Part shown: piece by piece, positions 51,935-64,000 of the stretch
How positions within the stretch are numbered: the first letter of the stretch is position 1
Layout: every line of letters begins with the position of its first letter
Assembly (NCBI RefSeq): GCF_030028105.1
Contig: NC_092399.1
Location: 9,920,001 to 9,984,000, forward strand
DNA length: 64,000 nucleotides
Direction of reading: 5' to 3'
Origin: Mobula birostris
Taxonomy: Eukaryota
Notes under the pieces: generated by a model
Database searches by the model: none
Seen by the model: only the letters and a program-made list of their open reading frames with translations
What the model was told of the DNA's origin: nothing
Made by a program: the position numbers and the translations under genes

Positions 51935-52950
51935 CTGTTTAACCATAGAACAATTACAGCAGGGAAACAGGCCATCTCGGCCCTTCTAGTCCGTGCCGAA
52001 CTCTTACTCTCACCTAGTCCCACCGACCTGCACTCAGCCCATAACCCTCCATTCCTTTCCTGTCCATATATCTATCCAATTTAACTTTAAACAACAACAT
52101 CGATCCTGCCTCAACCACTTCTGCTGGAAGCTCGTTCCACACAGCTACCACTCTCTGAGTAAAGAAGTTCCCCCTCATGTTACCCCTAAACTTTTGCCCT
52201 TTAACTCTCAACTCATGTCCTCTTGTTTGAATCTCCCCCACTCTCAATGGAAAAAGCCTATCCCCGTCAACTCTTATCAATCCCCCTCATAATTTTAAAT
52301 ACCTCTATTAAGTCCCCTCTCAACCTTCTACATTCCAAAGAATATAGACCCAACTTGTTCAACCTTTCTTTGTAACTTGGGTGATGAAACCCAGGTAACA
52401 TTCTAGTAAACCCTTTCTGTACTCTCTTTATTTTGTTGACATCTTTCCTATAATTCGGTGACCAAAACTGCACACAATACTCCAAATTTGGCCTCACCAA
52501 TGCCTTGTACAATTTCAACATTACATCCCAACTCCTATACTCAATGCTTTGATTTATAAAGGCCAGCATACCAAAAGCTTTCTTCACCGCCTTATCCACA
52601 TGAGATTCCGCCTTCAGGGAGCATTATTCCTAGATCCCTCTGTTCTACTGCATTCTTCAATGCCCTACCGTTTACCATGTATGTCCTATTGTGATTAGTC
52701 CTACCAAAACGTAGCACCTCAACATTTATAAGCATTAAACTCCATCTGCCATCTTTCAGCCCACTCTTCTAACAGGCCTACATCTCTCTGCAAGCTTTGA
52801 AAACCTAGTTCACTATCCACAACTCCACCTACAAGGATGATCTGCATACTTACTCATCCAATTTACCACCCCATCATCCAGATCATTAATGTATATGACA
52901 AACAACATTGGACCCGGTACAGATCCCTGAGGCACACCACTAGTCACCGG
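51935..52950 (-). mobile_element. CR1 LINE 3' fragment
   Basis: LVRPNLEYCVQFWSP, LECRRLRGDLIEVFKI, FFTQRVV..WN.LP. Confidence 0.9.
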
Positions 52951-55900
52951 CTAATCTATTTTTTTCAAACTCAGATTTTTAGAAATAAATGTGTCCAAAA
53001 AATCACTGAGTGCTATTTAAATAATTTCAGAATGCTTTATATATATATTTATATATATATACAGCACAGAATCTGGCCCTTTTGGCCCACTATGTTTGTC
53101 GAACATGGACTACTGTAATTTCACTAACCAGCATTCGGTCTGTATCCTGCTATACCTTGCCATTTTAAGTGCTCATCCAAATACTGATTAAATATTGTGA
53201 GAGTACCCGTCTCCACTGTCCTCTTGGACACTGCATTCTAGATTGCGACTACCCTTGCATGGGTGGCACTGTGTAGTGTAGTTGTTAGCACAGCACTTTA
53301 CAGTCCATTTGACACAGGTTCAGTTCTCGCTGCGGCCAGTAAGGAGTTTGTATGTTCTCCCTGTAACCACATTGGTTTCCTCCGGGTGCTCCAGTTTCCT
53401 CCCACAGTCCAAATTCGTACCGGTTGGTAGGTTAATTTTCATTGTAAATTGTCCCTTGATTAGGCTAGGATTAAATTGGGGGGGTGGTTTGCTGGGAGGC
53501 ACGGCTCAAAGGGCCACACTGTATCTCAATGCAAAAAAAATCCTCCTTTAGTCGCCCCTCTAATTTCTTGCCACTCACCATAAACCCTCTGTTCTTAATC
53601 ACCTCTGCCAGCAGAAGATTCTGACTACCTCCCCCGACAGGCTGTCAGTTTTGTAGTCAAATATCAGGTTTTCAATCTTCCACCCACAGCTCCACTGAGT
53701 TTCCTGCACTCCAAGCTCAGCCATGTGCTCTCTTCTCAGAATGGGACCATTGCACTCCTGGAAAATCTCCTCGGCACCCGTCTCCCATGCAATCACTCCA
53801 TTCCTATAGCATATTGAAAAGTGTGCACAATATTCTAGCTGTGACCAAATCGACATTTCACGCAGAGTACTATGACCACAATGCTCTTTTATTCTATCCT
53901 CTGGCCAATGAAGGCCAATATCCCAAGTGCCTCAATGGATGCACCTCGGTCCCTCTGTCCTTCAGTGTTCTCCAGGGTTCGACCATTCGTGCTATATGAT
54001 CTAACCTTATTTGATCCACATCTTGGTTGGCATAGACCAGCTGAGCCACAGGGTCTTTTCCTTTCTGTGTAACTATGATTCACCTGCCCCAACACTGGCG
54101 CTCCCCCTCTGCCACCTGTCCCGTAGCATTCCACCTTCACCATTCCCAACATCCTCTGCTCCCGCCAGATTTACAAACTCACTCTCTGCCCCACTTTGAC
54201 AAATACAGTACTGTGCAAAAGTCTTGGGCACCTGAGCTATATACATTTCTATGACTCTAAGTCATTTGGACAGTACTGTGTGTACGGATGAAGGGTATTG
54301 CATGTTTGCAATAAATTACTCTCTATTTAGTTTTCCTTCATACTTATTGCGGACACTTTGTTGGGGAGTAAGTTACAGAGGTTGTAAATTCAAATGCAAT
54401 TACAGCTATGATTATCAAGAGCTCCTGCTTCCATCGGGAAGAAGGTCCCACACCAGCAGGTTCAGGAACAGTTTTTACCCTTCAACTGTCAGGTGCCTAA
54501 ATTAGCATGGATATCTCCACACACTTCAACTCTGAACCGACTCAACAACCTATGGACTCACTTTCACTCTGCGCCTCATGTTCTCAGTATTTAATGAGCT
54601 GCACATTCTGACATCTGTGGTCTCTTGCATCTCCAGTACTGTACTGTAGTTTCTAATTTTCTATGCACCTATACTTCCAGCAGGGGGCAGACGCTGGCTG
54701 TTCTTGCTTGATGCAGTCCCTCATTTTTACAACAGGACCCTCCCACATCATTCAAATGAAGCACAATGAGAAACAGGGTGGCAAGGATCTGAAAGCTGAC
54801 TAACTGCACACACCATATGAGCTGAGCCTAATCTTAACTTCACCTAGGATTTATGGATGTATATTTCTTAGTAATGATCTCTTCTCATTGCTACCATCAG
54901 TCATAGTCTAAGTCATAGTCATACTTTATTGATCCTGGGGGAAATTGGTTAAGATTTTCCAGGAAGCCTGAAGGCACACACTCAGCGATTCAGGAACAGC
55001 TTCTTCCCCTCTGCCATCCGGTTTTTGAACCCATGAACACTACCTCACTACTTTTTAATTTCTGATTTTGCACGACTTATTTAACTTAACTATTTAATAG
55101 GTGCCAAAACGGTTTTGCTGTGATGCGTCTAGTGTGGCAGTGTAGTGAGCAGTGCTTGTCAGTCTCACTTTCAGGTTCCACTGCTGGCTAGCAAAAAGGA
55201 GAGCTGAATATGTGGGTCTCTCCCTGCCAGTACATAGCCACTCCAACAGCAAGCCTCATGTAGTGCTTCCTCGCTGGCGATACACGGAAACGTGCCTCCT
55301 TTCAGACGCGGGCTGAACTACAGAGGATGGGGAGGAGGTCTGGCCCCTGCACACGGAGCACACAGGCCCACTAGTGTGTGGACATGCCCCGGTGCTCGTG
55401 AACCAGATCCCCAGTTATGGACAAGTAACCCCACTACCTTGGGAGAGATGAAGGCTACGGGAGTAAACCCAGACAACAGATCCAGAGTGGAGCCCCTAAG
55501 GCTGCTAGAAGTCAATGAACATCCTTCTGGCAGCTCCTGCAGCCAAATGCATTACTTCATAAGCTTTCCTTTGGACTACACTGGTGAGGCCGAGAGGGGA
55601 ATCTAGACAACTGGGCATCTCAGGATCTCCATACCTTCCACCCAGGCTTGTGATGATGATCACCATCACCCCATTGTCCTCCCAGACAGACGGATGCCAA
55701 CCACAATATCTATATTCACTGTTTTTTTTCCCTATTATTGGGTATTATATTGTACTGGTGCCACAGAGTTAACAAAATTCCACTTCATAAGCTGGTAATA
55801 CTAAACCGGATTCTGATTCAGGAACAGTGCCCTGTTCTCAAGAGGGAGAGTAAGCAGCCAGAGGTCAAGGTGAATAGGTAGGAGTGCGCTGGGGGGGGGG

Positions 55901-56461
55901 GGGGAAGAGGCCCTGTGCAGTGAGTGTTCGGAGTTAGGGAAGAACCTGAAGAGCAGGACCTCTATAGGACTAATGTCTGGATTCCTCCCAGCGCCAGATG
56001 CTAGTCAGGGCAGGAATATGATAACAGCACAGATGAATAAGTGGCTGAGGAACTGGTGCTGGGGGCAGGGTAGAAGATCGGCTGACTGGCAGGAGGCAAG
56101 GAGAGGGAATACAAAGGGACTTTAATGGTTGGCTTCCAGTGACTAGTGGTGTCCCGCAGCGGTCAGTATTGGGACGACAGCTTTCCATGTTATATGTCAG
56201 CAGTCTGGATGATGGAATTGGTGGCTTTGTGGCCACATTTGCAGATGATACGAAGGTAAGTGGAGGGGCAGGTAGCATTGAGGAAGCAGGGAATTTGCAG
56301 AAGGACTTGGACAGATAGGGAGAATGGGCAACGTGGCAGATGGCAAATAGTGTAAGGAACTATATGCTCATGCACGTTGATAGAAGGAAAAAAGGTGCAG
56401 AATATTTTCTAAATGGAGAGAAAATTCAGAGTAGATTTAATATCAAAGTACATATACAGTA

Positions 56462-58141
56462 TGTAGTGTATTTAATATTTCAGTAATATCGCAAATATAT
56501 TGTTTGATTAAGCATTGTTTGTTGTTTACGTAATTCATTATGGCTTATATGTAAAAGTACATGAATGGCATACGTCATTACACCACCATGTCAAAAGTGA
56601 GTGCCTCACTAAAGAAAAAGTTAGTAGACCATCATCCCAGCCAATGGGGTGTGTTTTTCTTTCAATTAGCTCCTGGAGTTACAAACATAAAGTGGTGATG
56701 AGGAAGTTTTACAACGAACCTGAAACGATGATCTATCTGTTGAAGAGCAGCATGTTTTTCTTCAGAAGGGGGAGAGAGAGAAAAACGTTTGAGTTTAAAG
56801 AAAGCGCAGCAGATCGAGCAGCTTGTTGTACACTGTTCCGGACGCTAGAGATGCAGAAAAGCACCACTCCGTCTCTGGGAACGGCCTGCATTGCCTTGGC
56901 AGAGGATTCATGTGGATTTTTCCAGACCATTCATGGGCACAAATTTCATGGTAGTAGTGGATGCTGCTACAAAGTGGCCAGAAGTATTCCAATAGTCTCC
57001 CTTGTACACTGCTGATGTGTTGAGAAGTCTCCTCTCAAGGACTGGCATTCCAAAGCACCTAGTTAGTCACAATGGACCACAGTTTGTTGTGGAACAGTTT
57101 CAATTATTCCTGAAAATGAATGGAATAAGACATCTTACATCTGCACCGTACCACCCAGCTACAAATGGCTCGGCGGAAAGGTTTTTCCAGTCTAATGAAC
57201 ACACTGTGAGCAATGTCAGGAGAACACACGACACAGACACAGAATCAGAAGCTCACCAATTTCCTCCTTGCGTATCGCAATGCAGCACACTCCACAGCCA
57301 ACAACTCACCAGCTGTGCTGTTCCTGGGCCGTCCCTTGTGCTCACGCTTCGGCCTCCTCCAACCCAATCTTGGAGTATGCTGGATAAACAGTGAGACAAA
57401 CTGAGGGCTCCTCAAATAAGGAAGTTTGATGTTTCATTGGTAAAGGACTACAGAGGAGATCAAAAGTGGGGATTTGGAAAGATTGAAGACAGAACTGGAC
57501 CACTCTCCTACACAGTGAGGATGTTATCTGGATCAGCAGAGGAGAGCAGAATCAATTGGTAGAGAAGAAAGTTGTCCAGAGTTGTTAGAACTACTTCCTG
57601 CAGTCCCAGAGTCAACTCGTGCAATGACCACGGAGGAGGCCCCAGGACCTGAGGTTGTTTCACAGCCGCAAGTCTCACCTGCCAAGCAGAGTGAACCCCC
57701 CCTTGTCAGGAAAGACATTATCCCACTGAAGAAACCCTCAACAATTAAATCTTTAGGCCTGAATGGGACAATTTAAAATTTCCTGTTCTGTGGATGTCTC
57801 TATATTAGTTGTATTATACAGTATACTCTGTATTAATAAGATGACTAGAGAGCAATATGTTACATATTTGAGTTAAGATGCATTCTATATTGAGTAGCAG
57901 TTTATAGCTAAGCAGGGAGAAGAGTTGAGTATTTAATATTACAGTAATATTTGAGTAATATTGTAAATATATTGTTTCATTAAGCATCCTTTGTTGTTTA
58001 CAGATTATATTTAAAAATACATGAATAGCATATGTCATTATGCAAGGACATTGTAAGAGAACACCTCACTAAAGAAAAAGTAAAGAGACATTCATGTGGA
58101 CTCCTGTTTTTCTTTCAATTAGTTTCTGTAGTTTCAAAACA
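56462..58141 (+). mobile_element. Internally deleted Gypsy LTR retrotransposon with an integrase remnant
   Basis: Two diverged LTRs (about 56462-56687 and 57925-58141); PBS-like TGGTGATGAGGA; PPT AGCAGGGAGAAGAG; integrase GIPKHLVSHNGPQF...SAPYHPATNGSAERF. Confidence 0.82.
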
Positions 58142-59116
58142 TGTCACCATATACAACCCTTATTTATGTTGCAACTAATCATAATGACTACAAGAAACAC
58201 AGTAGAATCAATGAAATCCAACAAGATGGACAACAACCAATATGTAAAAAAAATCAAAACCAGACCATACAAATACAAATGGAAAGAGAAAAAAAGAATA
58301 AAATAAATAACAAATATCCAGAACGTGAGATGAATAGTCCTTAAAGTGAGTCCATTGGTTGTGAGAACAGCTCAGTGATGGGGTAAGTGAACATATCCCC
58401 TCTGGTTCAAGAACCTATTGGTTGAAGGGTAATAACTGTTCCTAAACCTGGTGGTCTGGGTCCTGAGGCTCCTGTATCTTCTCCCTGATGCCAACAGCAG
58501 GAGAGCATGGCCTGGGTGCTGAGTGTCCCTGATGTTGGATGCTGCTTTCCTGCGATAGCACTCCATGTAGATGTGTTCAATAGAGGTCTGTACCCATGAT
58601 GGACTGTGTTAGATCCACTACAGAGCTGCAAAGGGACTTAGTTGTCCTTGTGCAAGATTCCCTAAAGGTTAACCTGTGATTTGATTTAGTGGTAAGGAAG
58701 GCAACTGCAATGTTAGCATTCATTTTGAGTGGACACAACTATAAGACTAAGGATTATGTTATAGCCTTATAAGACATGCAGTGCCTAGGGTTCAAGTGAG
58801 TCAGAGGCTTTATGTGGCAGGTGCTTTAGAAATTTGAGATAACATATGATTTGAATCTTCATGAAGCGGCTTCTAAATTAAACTGTAATTCTACAGGGAA
58901 GAAAATAAGACTACCGCTGACGAATTCTCCCAAATTGTCCCTATGCAGAAGCAGAGTGGTGGGTGGCTCTGCATTTTCTTAGGAGCCCAATTTTCAAAGC
59001 GCAAACCCATAAACAGATGTTACTTACGCTCAAGAGAAAATTCTTCAAAATGGGCAAATCTCTTGTGGAAATGTAGTTTACTTGTAGTAACAAAATGGAA
59101 CCTGTATTGTACCAGA

Positions 59117-59280
59117 CACGAGGAAATCTGCAGATGCTGGAACTTCAAGCAACACACATAAAAATTGCTGGTGAACGCAGCAGGCCAGGCAGCAGACCCT
59201 TCATCCGAAACGTCGACAGTACCTCTTCCTATAGATGCTGCCTGGCCTGCTGCACTCACCAGCAATTTTTATGTGTGTTG
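59117..59280. mobile_element. Miniature fold-back Penelope-like element
   Basis: Perfect 16-bp TSD CCTGTATTGTACCAGA; inverted arms 59150-59194 / 59236-59280; same termini as 36563-38456. Confidence 0.85.
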
Positions 59281-60469
59281 CCTGTATTGTACCAGAGGGC
59301 TTTGCTAATAGTGTTTGTGCGACATTATGCCGATGAACCTTCAGCAGAAAGACAAGTGGATTTTGGTTATTGGAAGAATGCCACGTACACTAATTGAGGA
59401 GAATAACAGAATGTACCATCCTTGAACTCACACTGGTGTATAAGAGTGACTATGCTGTCTGTTTTTTCAAAGCTATCACCAGCTCTTGTACACTGCTAGC
59501 CTTCCCTTGCTGCAAATAAATGCACTTATGATTGATCTATTCTGAGTTATTTGTTGTTTGTTATAAGATTTAGCAAAATGGTGCTCGACACCCTCATACA
59601 GATGTAACAAACAATGTTATCATTTCTTGAACTTCTCATCTTTTTGCATTACACCCAAAGTTCTTCAATGATGCTTGTCGCTGTTTTTGTAGTGTTTCTC
59701 TTGATCTCTGCAATTTTTGGCTTTTCTCTAATCTGCAAAAGAGAATTTATTTGAGCTGGTGCTGATTAACGTACCAGCCCTGTGCAAACTGAAGTGTAAT
59801 TATCATGGTCTCCAATACCAGTGGTGTAGCTTTGGACAGATATGGAATTACAAATTAGACAGTTTAATCTGAGCACTTTTTAATGTCAAGATATGTAAAT
59901 AGCACATAAACAGGGAACATTTTAAATGAAGCTCATTTTATCTATACAATCTGCACAAGGTATTTACAGTTAGAAAAAAAATCTGCTTTGGCAGGGTGTT
60001 GTATCCAAGTAATCAGTTTACTAACTGATCAAAATCTTCACAGAAACCATGCATCAGATTACTAACCTGCAAAATAAACAAGCAAAAACTACCTTGTATA
60101 TGTCGGCACATGTTTGAATTTAAAAATGCTCCTTAGTGATAAAAATGTCAGCTCTACTCAGTAAATCTTAAATCTTAAGAGAAACAAATGTGCACCTAAG
60201 GAACTGAGATGATACTACTAATGGCTAATATTTGTTCCTCAAAAATACAGGAAAAGACTGCATGGAGCCATATTAATTCACCTAACAATATATAAATCAC
60301 ATTAGTAATTAAAAAGCAAGTTGCATCCAACTGATGTGACATGGCTTCAGTCAGTGATGGATCCCTTATTGCATGAAAGTTCCTCCAGCACTCGTTGCAA
60401 ACCAGATTTACGGAGTACAAAGGTATAAAACTTAGTCTCTGCATAAGTTGTCCATACGAAGGTGTCATA

Positions 60470-60635
60470 TTAAACAGCTGTTCCTCGCTCCAAATTCTGC
60501 TTGATCTCTGCAGTATACTTTCCATAGAAGCGTTCTGCCTTCTTATTGAAGTTGGCATTTCTCTCATTAATATAATCAATATCAGCATCGTCATTGTAAC
60601 GGCGTCGTCTGCTGTACTTGGCACGCTTCTCGATT
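60470..60635 (-). CDS. SYF2: SYF2 last coding exon ([54 protein letters not shown])
   Basis: Unmistakable SYF2 C-terminus; TTTCAG acceptor at 60636-60637. Confidence 0.97.
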
Positions 60636-61978
60636 CTGAAAACAAGGAATTTAAACTTTATACTGCTGCTTATGGCCAAACAACACAAAAGTCTTGCATT
60701 TACACAGTGATTGTCACATCTCCTCCAAAATATTTAAAAGCACGTTACACCTAACGAATTACTTGCTGAAGCCAATCACTGCTGAATGTGGAACAAAAAA
60801 AAATTAAGCCACAACTCCAACTGAAGTTGCACTTACTTGCTATGACACAGCAAGGTAGGTTGTGCTGGAGAATCCTACACTTCAACCTATCCTGCTGTGA
60901 GAATGATAATGAAAAGTTCACTGCTCTCAAGGGTATTTTTGTCATTTTGAATATCCCTGATATTCAGAGGCTTTTAAAAGTTTAAAAGATTATTTTCAAA
61001 AGTAAAGAAATAAATTTAGTAAATCCATGTTAGATTAAAAGCAGATAGAAAATAAACAATGAAAATATTTAACTAAACGCCACATTTAATAATGTCACTG
61101 ACTCCACTTGTAGGCTAACCATGGCTACTAAAGAGACCAGATACAAAGTGCACCTGGTTGTGCAACTGAGAATGCTCTGGAGCCAGCACTGGACTCCGTG
61201 GAAGCCAAAGATGCACTGAACAGCAGATGGCAGAAATTCTTAATCTGCTTCAAAGTTTTTGTACGTTGATTGAAAGATACACAATGAACAGAACAAAATA
61301 ATCATTTAACTGGGGTCGCTTGTAGTGTATCAGTTAGTGAAACGCTATTACAGTGCTAGCGATTTGGGTTCAAATCTGTTGCTGTCTCTAAGGTGTGGGG
61401 TTCCTCCAGACGTTTTGGTTTCATACGGGTTAGTAGGTTCATTGGTCACATCGGTGTAACTGGGCAACATGGGATCATTGCGCTTGCAGGCCTGTTACCG
61501 AGCCGTATCTATCTCTAATTAAAAAATAAATAAATATCTAAAGTGGCAGTCAGACTCTTGGACTACCAACTTACCCACAAGATGGCATTCCTGAATGCAC
61601 AACCTTCTACAATAATGGACTGAAGCATCAGTCTAGATATCATTCATGTTCAAGTCTGCAGTGTAACTTCAATCCACAACCTTTTGACTCCAATTTGAGA
61701 ATGCTACCAACGTAGCCACAACTTCGAGTAATTTGTTAGCTTCCCAATTTGAAATAGGTTATTGGTAATGACAAAGACCATATTTTTCTTGGTTCCTTAA
61801 GATTATTATACCCAGGGGAGGGGTTAGTGCGAATAAACTCCCAATTCGTGTATCTCAAGAAGCCTCTGAGAACCAAATCCACCACAAACACAAAATACTC
61901 TGCAGATGCTGGGGTCAAAGCATCACGCACAACATACTGGAGGAACTCAGCAGGTCGGGCAGCATCTGCGGAAACGAA

Positions 61979-62016
61979 CAGTCAACATTTCGGGCCGAGA
62001 CCCTTCATCAGGACTG
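61979..62016 (-). ncRNA. Hammerhead ribozyme motif in a Penelope-like pLTR fragment (about 61885-62280) in the last SYF2 intron
   Basis: CAGTC-CTGATGA-AGGGTCTCGGCCC-GAAATGTT-GACTG. Confidence 0.6.
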
Positions 62017-63680
62017 AAGAGGGAGGGGGCAGGGGCCCTATAAAGAAGGTGGGGGGAGGGTGGGAAAGAGAAGGCTGGTAGGTGCCAGGTGAAAAACCAG
62101 TAAGGGGAAAGATCAAGGGGTGGGGGAGGGGAAAGGTGAAGGAGGAACAGAAGAAAGCACAATGGGTAGTAGAAGGAGACGGCACCATGAGGGAGGTGAT
62201 AGGCAGCTGGAGGAGGGGGCAGAGTGAAACTGGGATGGGGGAAGAGAGGGGGAGGGAATTACTGGAAGTTGGAGAATCCACTACCTGGCCTTCACGTGTG
62301 GCTTAGCTACTAAGCCTGGAGGACTGTTTCTACTGACAGGAGAAGGGGCATAGACGGGTTGCTGATGTCTTAAAACCAGCTGCTTTCGGCAGATGGGGCT
62401 TGTCAGCCGTGGCTGGAAGCTCCTGTAGGAGAAGGAAAACTCTGATCTCAAACCTCCGCTGCCTTGCAGTTATACCCACTCATATTGAACCCTGAGGAAA
62501 AATCCACAGAGCTGGAGTCCCTAAGGTAGTTCTACGTCGAGTTCAATGTCCACTGGCAACGATGCCACTGGTGCCAAACTGTATCGGTCTCTGTGCCAGT
62601 CCTTTGGACTCATCAGTTATCTGAAGAGGGGGAGCAGCTTGCTCTCCATATCGCACTGCCTAGGCTTGCATACCATGGAGGCAGCTTGGACGCAACATCC
62701 AAAGTCGACCCCAACCAACGGAGGAGCCTCAAATCTTTTCTGATGTACTTAGGCACTAATATTTCAATATTTGTTAATTTCACTTAATACATCAGGGATA
62801 CATGGGGACCAGAGGCTGCAGTATCCCAAAGGAATGTAGATTTCCACTTGATCCTATTAGTTACATAGAATTCAAAAATACTGCGTAGTATGATAGCTGT
62901 ATATTCTGACAGCTTGCTTAGCCCTTGAAGTGTCTGTAATTAGAACTTTAAAAAGGAAAACTCACTACAGCATGAGTTCTCAGAAAAAGTCCACCTCTTA
63001 ATGAGACAGTAAAAGAACAACCTTATTTGTTCCAGTTCAGTTAACGTACTCAAGGAGACCTACTGTGCTGGGTTCCCTGCCTGGGCTAGGCAAACTTAGA
63101 TAATGCATTCAATGGATTTGTCTCCTGACAGCTGTCACTGAGGCAAGAGTTGGAATTAGCTCCTTCCAAAGTTTTGGATGACTTTCTTGGCATCACAAAA
63201 CAATTCCAACATTCAGAATCAGCCAAAAGTCCTGCAGGGTCAGTCCAGAAATTTGATGCACATTCTTCAGTGGTCTTAGATCAGAATAACTTGAAAATTG
63301 TGACTCTTCAAGCTAAAGGACACGTAACAGGTATGCTACCTAATTATAACTAAACTTGTCACTAACCCCCAGCAGCACTTTAGAATGCAATTTAAAAATG
63401 TGAACTTATTTGAAATTATCTAGCATTTGTCCTAGTACAGATCCATCTGTTTAATATGAACAGGAATCACTGTAAAATGATTGACTCAAATTGGTAGCCA
63501 AGTAATTAAAGCAAATTTCCAATAAAACATTATTATAATTTTGCAAGGTAACCAATAGTCTCTAACAGGGTGTGTGGAAAGGAAGGTAAAACTCCACCCT
63601 TCTGCAAGATGTATTTTCCTACTCCGTGAAGTGCATCTGAGAACCATGCAACAGGCAATGTAAATTTAAAAAAAACTTAC

Positions 63681-63779
63681 TGCTTATCGACATCTGCCAC
63701 CAGTCTGTCCACTCCCTCCTTGGTAGGAACATGTGTGCCGTGCATTAGACTATTTGCAGTGGCATAGAACTCTTCTCCG
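63681..63779 (-). CDS. SYF2: SYF2 penultimate coding exon ([33 protein letters not shown])
   Basis: 99 nt, TAG acceptor, GTAAGT donor, phase 2 matches the last exon; upstream exons lie beyond the window. Confidence 0.93.
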
Positions 63780-64000
63780 CTATCCACAGGTATAAAAACA
63801 AACGTTTAGCGTGGAAGAAAGATGCTTTATATTCCCAAAATTAATAACAATAATGCAAATGTTATCAGTAACTGCTCTGTGATATGAAGGACTTTTTTTT
63901 TGTAAGCTAAGCAATCAAGTGAAGTACATAGTTGAAATAGAAATCTAAACAATCAGGTTTTATTTGTGTGTTTTTTTTCTTTCACATCTGCAACATTAAT

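Overview
Vertebrate nuclear DNA. The repeat content (CR1, Rex/Babar-type, RTE, Penelope-like, tRNA-SINEs) suggests a cartilaginous fish, probably a ray (inference). The window covers the TMEM50A-RSRP1-SYF2 syntenic block. Reconstructed by hand from GT/AG splice sites: TMEM50A (- strand, non-coding exon 1 plus 4 coding exons, running off the left edge); an intact INTRONLESS SNRPC/U1C copy (+, 16472-16957) directly behind a 35-bp CpG-rich minisatellite with 8 GTCACGTG E-boxes; a complete 4-exon MGST3-like (fish mgst3b-type) gene (-, 150 aa) with Arg->His in the MAPEG glutathione-binding motif; RSRP1 (+, 4 coding exons) with a candidate spliced uORF and a candidate 35-nt poison exon; and the last two coding exons of SYF2 (-). 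Most other ORFs in the track are decayed transposon fragments or noise. Several nested insertions have readable TSDs. Penelope-like elements carry minimal type I hammerhead ribozyme motifs. Gene identities come from recalled protein sequences, not database searches.
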